A stretch of DNA of 62,908 nucleotides, the filler included, from Rhabdomonas costata (Eukaryota), in the NCBI GenBank assembly GCA_019059605.1. It is 35 parts of 35 records of this genome, joined end to end, with 100 filler letters (N's around TTAATTAATTAA, not from the genome) between each part and the next. Parts side by side here need not be neighbours in the genome. Positions count along the whole stretch, not along the records: positions 59,402 to 61,101 come from JAHMHO010010449.1; positions 61,202 to 62,908 come from JAHMHO010010450.1; 33 more parts are not named here. The stretch is one strand, 5' to 3'. Of this stretch, positions 59,501 to 62,908 are shown one piece after another (the first letter of the stretch is position 1; each line of letters starts with the position of its first letter). The translations under genes and the position numbers were made by a program. The notes below the pieces were generated by a model, which made no database searches, was not told where the DNA came from, and worked only from the letters and a program-made list of their open reading frames with translations.

Positions 59501-61723
59501 AGTCTGTTATTTAGACACTTCTTCTCTGCTCTGTGCTGCATTGTGCAAACGGGGGTTTTGTGCAAAGGGATCTAAGGTCAAAAAGTCGTCCATTTTCAGC
59601 CGGGGTGAGGGTGGGGGGTGATTTTTCAGGAAGCTCAGCGGGCATGCTCCCAGCAGCACCGCTTTGAGCAGTTTCTGGCGATGCCCCGCCACGAAGGCCC
59701 CCCCACGGGCTGAGAGGTGTGCCACTGAAGCACCCGCCATCCGTCTTTTCATTTCAACGGACTCAAATCACTGAAATGGTTAGGGTTAGGGCAGGAGCAG
59801 GAGGATCGAAAGAGTGTAGAGATGTTCCAATGTTTCAGCCTGCGTCCCAAACAAACCGAAACTGACTCACTTGGTTGTGTGTGGTTGTGTGTGGTGCCTG
59901 TTTTGTTTGGCGGTCTACAGACTCCCAAGATGTGTGTGTGATGGCTTGCACGCTGTGGGGTGGCGTGCTCGCAGGATGCCAGTATTCTTCGACAATTCCC
60001 GCAAGCGCGCTTGTCTAATGCACGTAATTTTTCGGAGGGACCTGGGTCCCTTCCTTGGTATTGTTCGTTGAATCTTTTTCTGTGCTGCATGTCTGACACG
60101 GAAGCGCTTGTAAAGTGAACCTCAACTTTTCCCTGGCTGTGTTTCATGACCTTTCGACCGAACACCTTCTGTTGAATGTTTGCGTATGTGTGTATTCTGG
60201 ACTGCTCTCGTATTCATTATTGGGAATAAGGAAGTAAGGAAGACACCACGGTCAGGTTTGTTTGCAATTTACTGAAAACCACCTTTCTATTGCTTGCCTC
60301 CACAACGCATTCCTGTCTGCATCAAAACAACATTGGAGATTGACCCTTCACGCTGATGCTGGGTCAACTGAACAGCTTGCCAGAGTGGCTATCTAAGTCT
60401 TTCATAGTGACGAATCAAGTCAATCAAGACGAATCACAATTCCAAGCTCGTTGGAGTGTAGGTGAACTCCAACTTTCAACGCAGGCACGCGTGCTTCCCT
60501 AAATCTCGCCCCGAAAGCTGTTCGGCGGTAGATGCAGATGCCCGCCCCTCCGTACACACGGGTGCGCTCATCTGATGCCCGTAAACTCGTATGAATACCG
60601 CGTTTGCTAGCAGTGTGTTTTGTTTCCTTTTGTGTCCAGGTTTGTTGCTTTGTTTCAGCCTTTTGGCTTGTGCGCCCGTTTTTTTTTAAGCGCACACAGT
60701 GTAGAGGGACAGTGGGGAGGGTGATGCTCTCTCCTTCGGTTCGAATGCTACTTTCTAGACTCTGATCCCTCTCTCTCGCTCGCTCGCTGGAAGGCAGAAG
60801 ATGCTGAGCAAGGTGTGCGTGCTTGCCTGCTCACTCAACACTGTCATGCAGCACCGGGCCGTTTCTTTTTTCTTGAAAAAGGTGATTGCACAAGATTGGC
60901 ACTCCATGCGTGCCTTATCGAGCATCGGAGGTGGAGGATCGGCTGAGTCAGGCCCAATGTCGCTGCGCTCACCAGCAAATATATTATAAAGGATCACAAC
61001 AGTATCCCAAATTTATAACAGAGCCAGTCTTCCTTCCGCCAGCAAATTATGTCGCCCCCCCCCCTCCTCACAAAATGCATACCGAATCCTTCGATCTGCT
61101 GNNNNNNNNNNNNNNNNNNNNNNNNNNNNNNNNNNNNNNNNNNNNTTAATTAATTAANNNNNNNNNNNNNNNNNNNNNNNNNNNNNNNNNNNNNNNNNNN
61201 NGGGGTTTGGTTGTATGACCCTGCAAAGCCAAATTCTTGCTCATTAAGTTTGGATGACGGGATGTGTGTTTGAATAAATATGTTCTGGGAATTACCAGCA
61301 AGGGGGATTCTGGGTCGCAGAGGGCTATAAGCACGTATCTCCCCAGAGAGGATCTGACTGAGGTTATAATCCATCGTCAAGGAAAACACTTCGCAGCACT
61401 ACGGAAAGAAAGCAATGCCAATCCATTGTGCGTAAGGTTGCCGCGCAAAAGCGAATGTACCGCAACAGATCCCCACATTACCTCTCAGAATGCGGAGGTG
61501 CGGGCGGGTAATCGGCGATACTGTGCCAGAGCATGTGCAAATTTCTCTCATGCATGACCAGCGTTCGATTGACAGGAGGACTCTCAAAACTGAAATTTTT
61601 GAGGGGTGCTTTTCCTCCACCAGCGAAATAAACAGATAAAGGCAAGGCAGAAATAGGAGTCCAGGTGGCGATGGGACCTGATAAATGAAACAAGAGAGAG
61701 GGAAGCCAGGGGCAGGGGAATAC

Positions 61724-62275
61724 TTGAGGTACATGCTGCCCAACCGGAAGTCATTCAGCGCCAGTGCAGCCTGAGCGGCCTTGGAGTCCCCAAACTCCAC
61801 CACGAGGAACCTGAATGCACGCGTGCCCCCTCATTGTTTCAGGTGCTTGGCAAACAAATACAGACCACAAAAACAAATGCAATATTCGAGAACTGGCCTT
61901 TGCTATTTTCCACACCAAATCGAGCGACAACCCCACCTTTTCCCCGCAGATAGCTTTCACAGGGAGAGAAGGCAATGGTGGTCATGGTGAAATTCCAAGA
62001 AGACGCGATGTTGAAGGGAAGGCTTTCATGAAGATTCGTAAGAGAATGCTTTTTGGGGAACGAAAAATCATTGGACACGCAAAGAAGAGGAAGCAGAAGA
62101 AGGAAGAGAGACCAAAATCATTGGAGGAGGTTGAGAGCGATGAGGGAGGGGCAAGGCAGTTGTATGACTGAGGTGCAGGGGGCAGGGCATGCCTGGGTCC
62201 TGGCCCGCTGTGGAAGTAGTGGTTCGCCACAGGCCCGAACTTTGCAAAGCGGTTCAGGAGACCCTCTGGCGAAAC
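61724..62275 (-). CDS. RRM-domain RNA-binding protein, partial (exons 62275-62193, 61810-61724)
   Basis: VSPEGLLNRFAKFGPV...PR|FLVVEFGDSKAAQAALALNDFRLGSMYLK. RNP1-like RFLVVEF is created only by using the GC donor at 62192. Confidence 0.85.
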
Positions 62276-62463
62276 CTGCGGAAAGGGACGCAACAGGACG
62301 GGGGCACAACCAAACAACCAAACACTGACTTGTGTGTGTTGACCAGGGGGAAAGTTTTATCTCCGATGATTAAGCATATGAGTTTCACGCTGTGCACACG
62401 GCATGGATTTCGCGCTGTCATAACAGTGCCCTGTTCACATCCCCTCACTCAACTTCTTATCGG

Positions 62464-62464
<1 letters not shown>

Positions 62465-62504
<40 letters not shown>
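62465..62504. repeat. (CA)20 microsatellite
   Basis: Read directly from the sequence. Confidence 0.97.
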
Positions 62505-62509
<5 letters not shown>

Positions 62510-62787
62510 GGATACTGTCATGCGCCGAAATCGGCTAGAATTCATATCAAGGACTACCACGCTGGTCTCGATTAGGCCTTATGCTGAAGGCAAGTCTGGC
62601 CCCACCAACCAGGACTTCTCTGTGGAAAACGGGGGCCAGCACGTGCCTCAGGTTGGGGATACACACCCACAACCACGATCAATCGTGAGGCAAATGTGAG
62701 TGGCTTGATCTCTAACTTGCATTGATTGTGCTGAAATAAACATCCTGCGGTGTGTTATGTCCTATGTCTCAACTTGGGAGCGCGTGG

Positions 62788-62908
62788 CCTCGCACAGGCA
62801 GCATTCCCTCACCACGCAATTCACCTCCGGGTCCACTCCCGACACGAACAGGGTCGTGAGTGGACCCAGAGGTGAATTGCGTGGTGAGGGAATGCTGCCT
62901 GTGCGAGG
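62788..62908. repeat. Long inverted repeat: 56-nt arms (62788-62843 / 62853-62908), 2 mismatches, 9-nt loop, running to the window edge
   Basis: CCTCGCACAGGCAGCATTCCCTCACCACGCAATTCACCTC... is reverse-complemented by the last 56 nt of the window. Confidence 0.97.

Noticed and set aside
1702..61201. Regularly spaced TTAATTAATTAA repeats as a CRISPR-like or biological array
   Set aside because: They are always embedded in 44+44 N and form a six-frame-stop concatenation linker.
109..62275. Stop-codon reassignment as an explanation for short ORFs
   Set aside because: Every recognisable gene is stop-free in the standard code once introns are removed, and terminal exons end in TGA.

Overview
This window is not one locus. 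It is 35 unrelated contigs of about 1.7 kb joined by an artificial 100-nt linker (44 N + TTAATTAATTAA + 44 N), so no synteny can be read across linkers. Several contig ends carry one-mismatch variants of a GenomePlex-type whole-genome-amplification primer. The DNA is from an intron-rich microbial eukaryote, most likely a euglenozoan (euglenid-like). That is an inference from the GMP synthase type, the multiple class III cyclases, the flagellar IFT121 gene, the degenerate splice donors and AG acceptors just upstream of start codons. The supplied ORF track is mostly misleading because the genes are spliced. By hand I rebuilt phase-consistent exon chains for a class III adenylate cyclase, a degenerate cyclase, an FtsH-type AAA ATPase, GMP synthase, IFT121/WDR35, a PB1-domain MAP3K, an IFI44-like GTPase, an insulinase, a PARP-like ADP-ribosyltransferase, an ankyrin protein and an RRM protein, plus single exons of RUS1, SPRY, LRR and kinase proteins. 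The strongest cross-contig signal is an unusual splicing code: 5 of 33 inferred donors are GC (all GCA, four GCAT), +4 is a pyrimidine in 26 of 33, and one GT-AG intron lacks a pyrimidine tract but has complementary ends. Other leads are the IFI44-like GTPase, the intact H-Y-E ADP-ribosyltransferase, a lysine-free LRR protein, a Tom22-like peptide and a hairpin with 56-nt arms. No rRNA, tRNA or CRISPR array is supported. All protein assignments come from motif recognition, not database searches.
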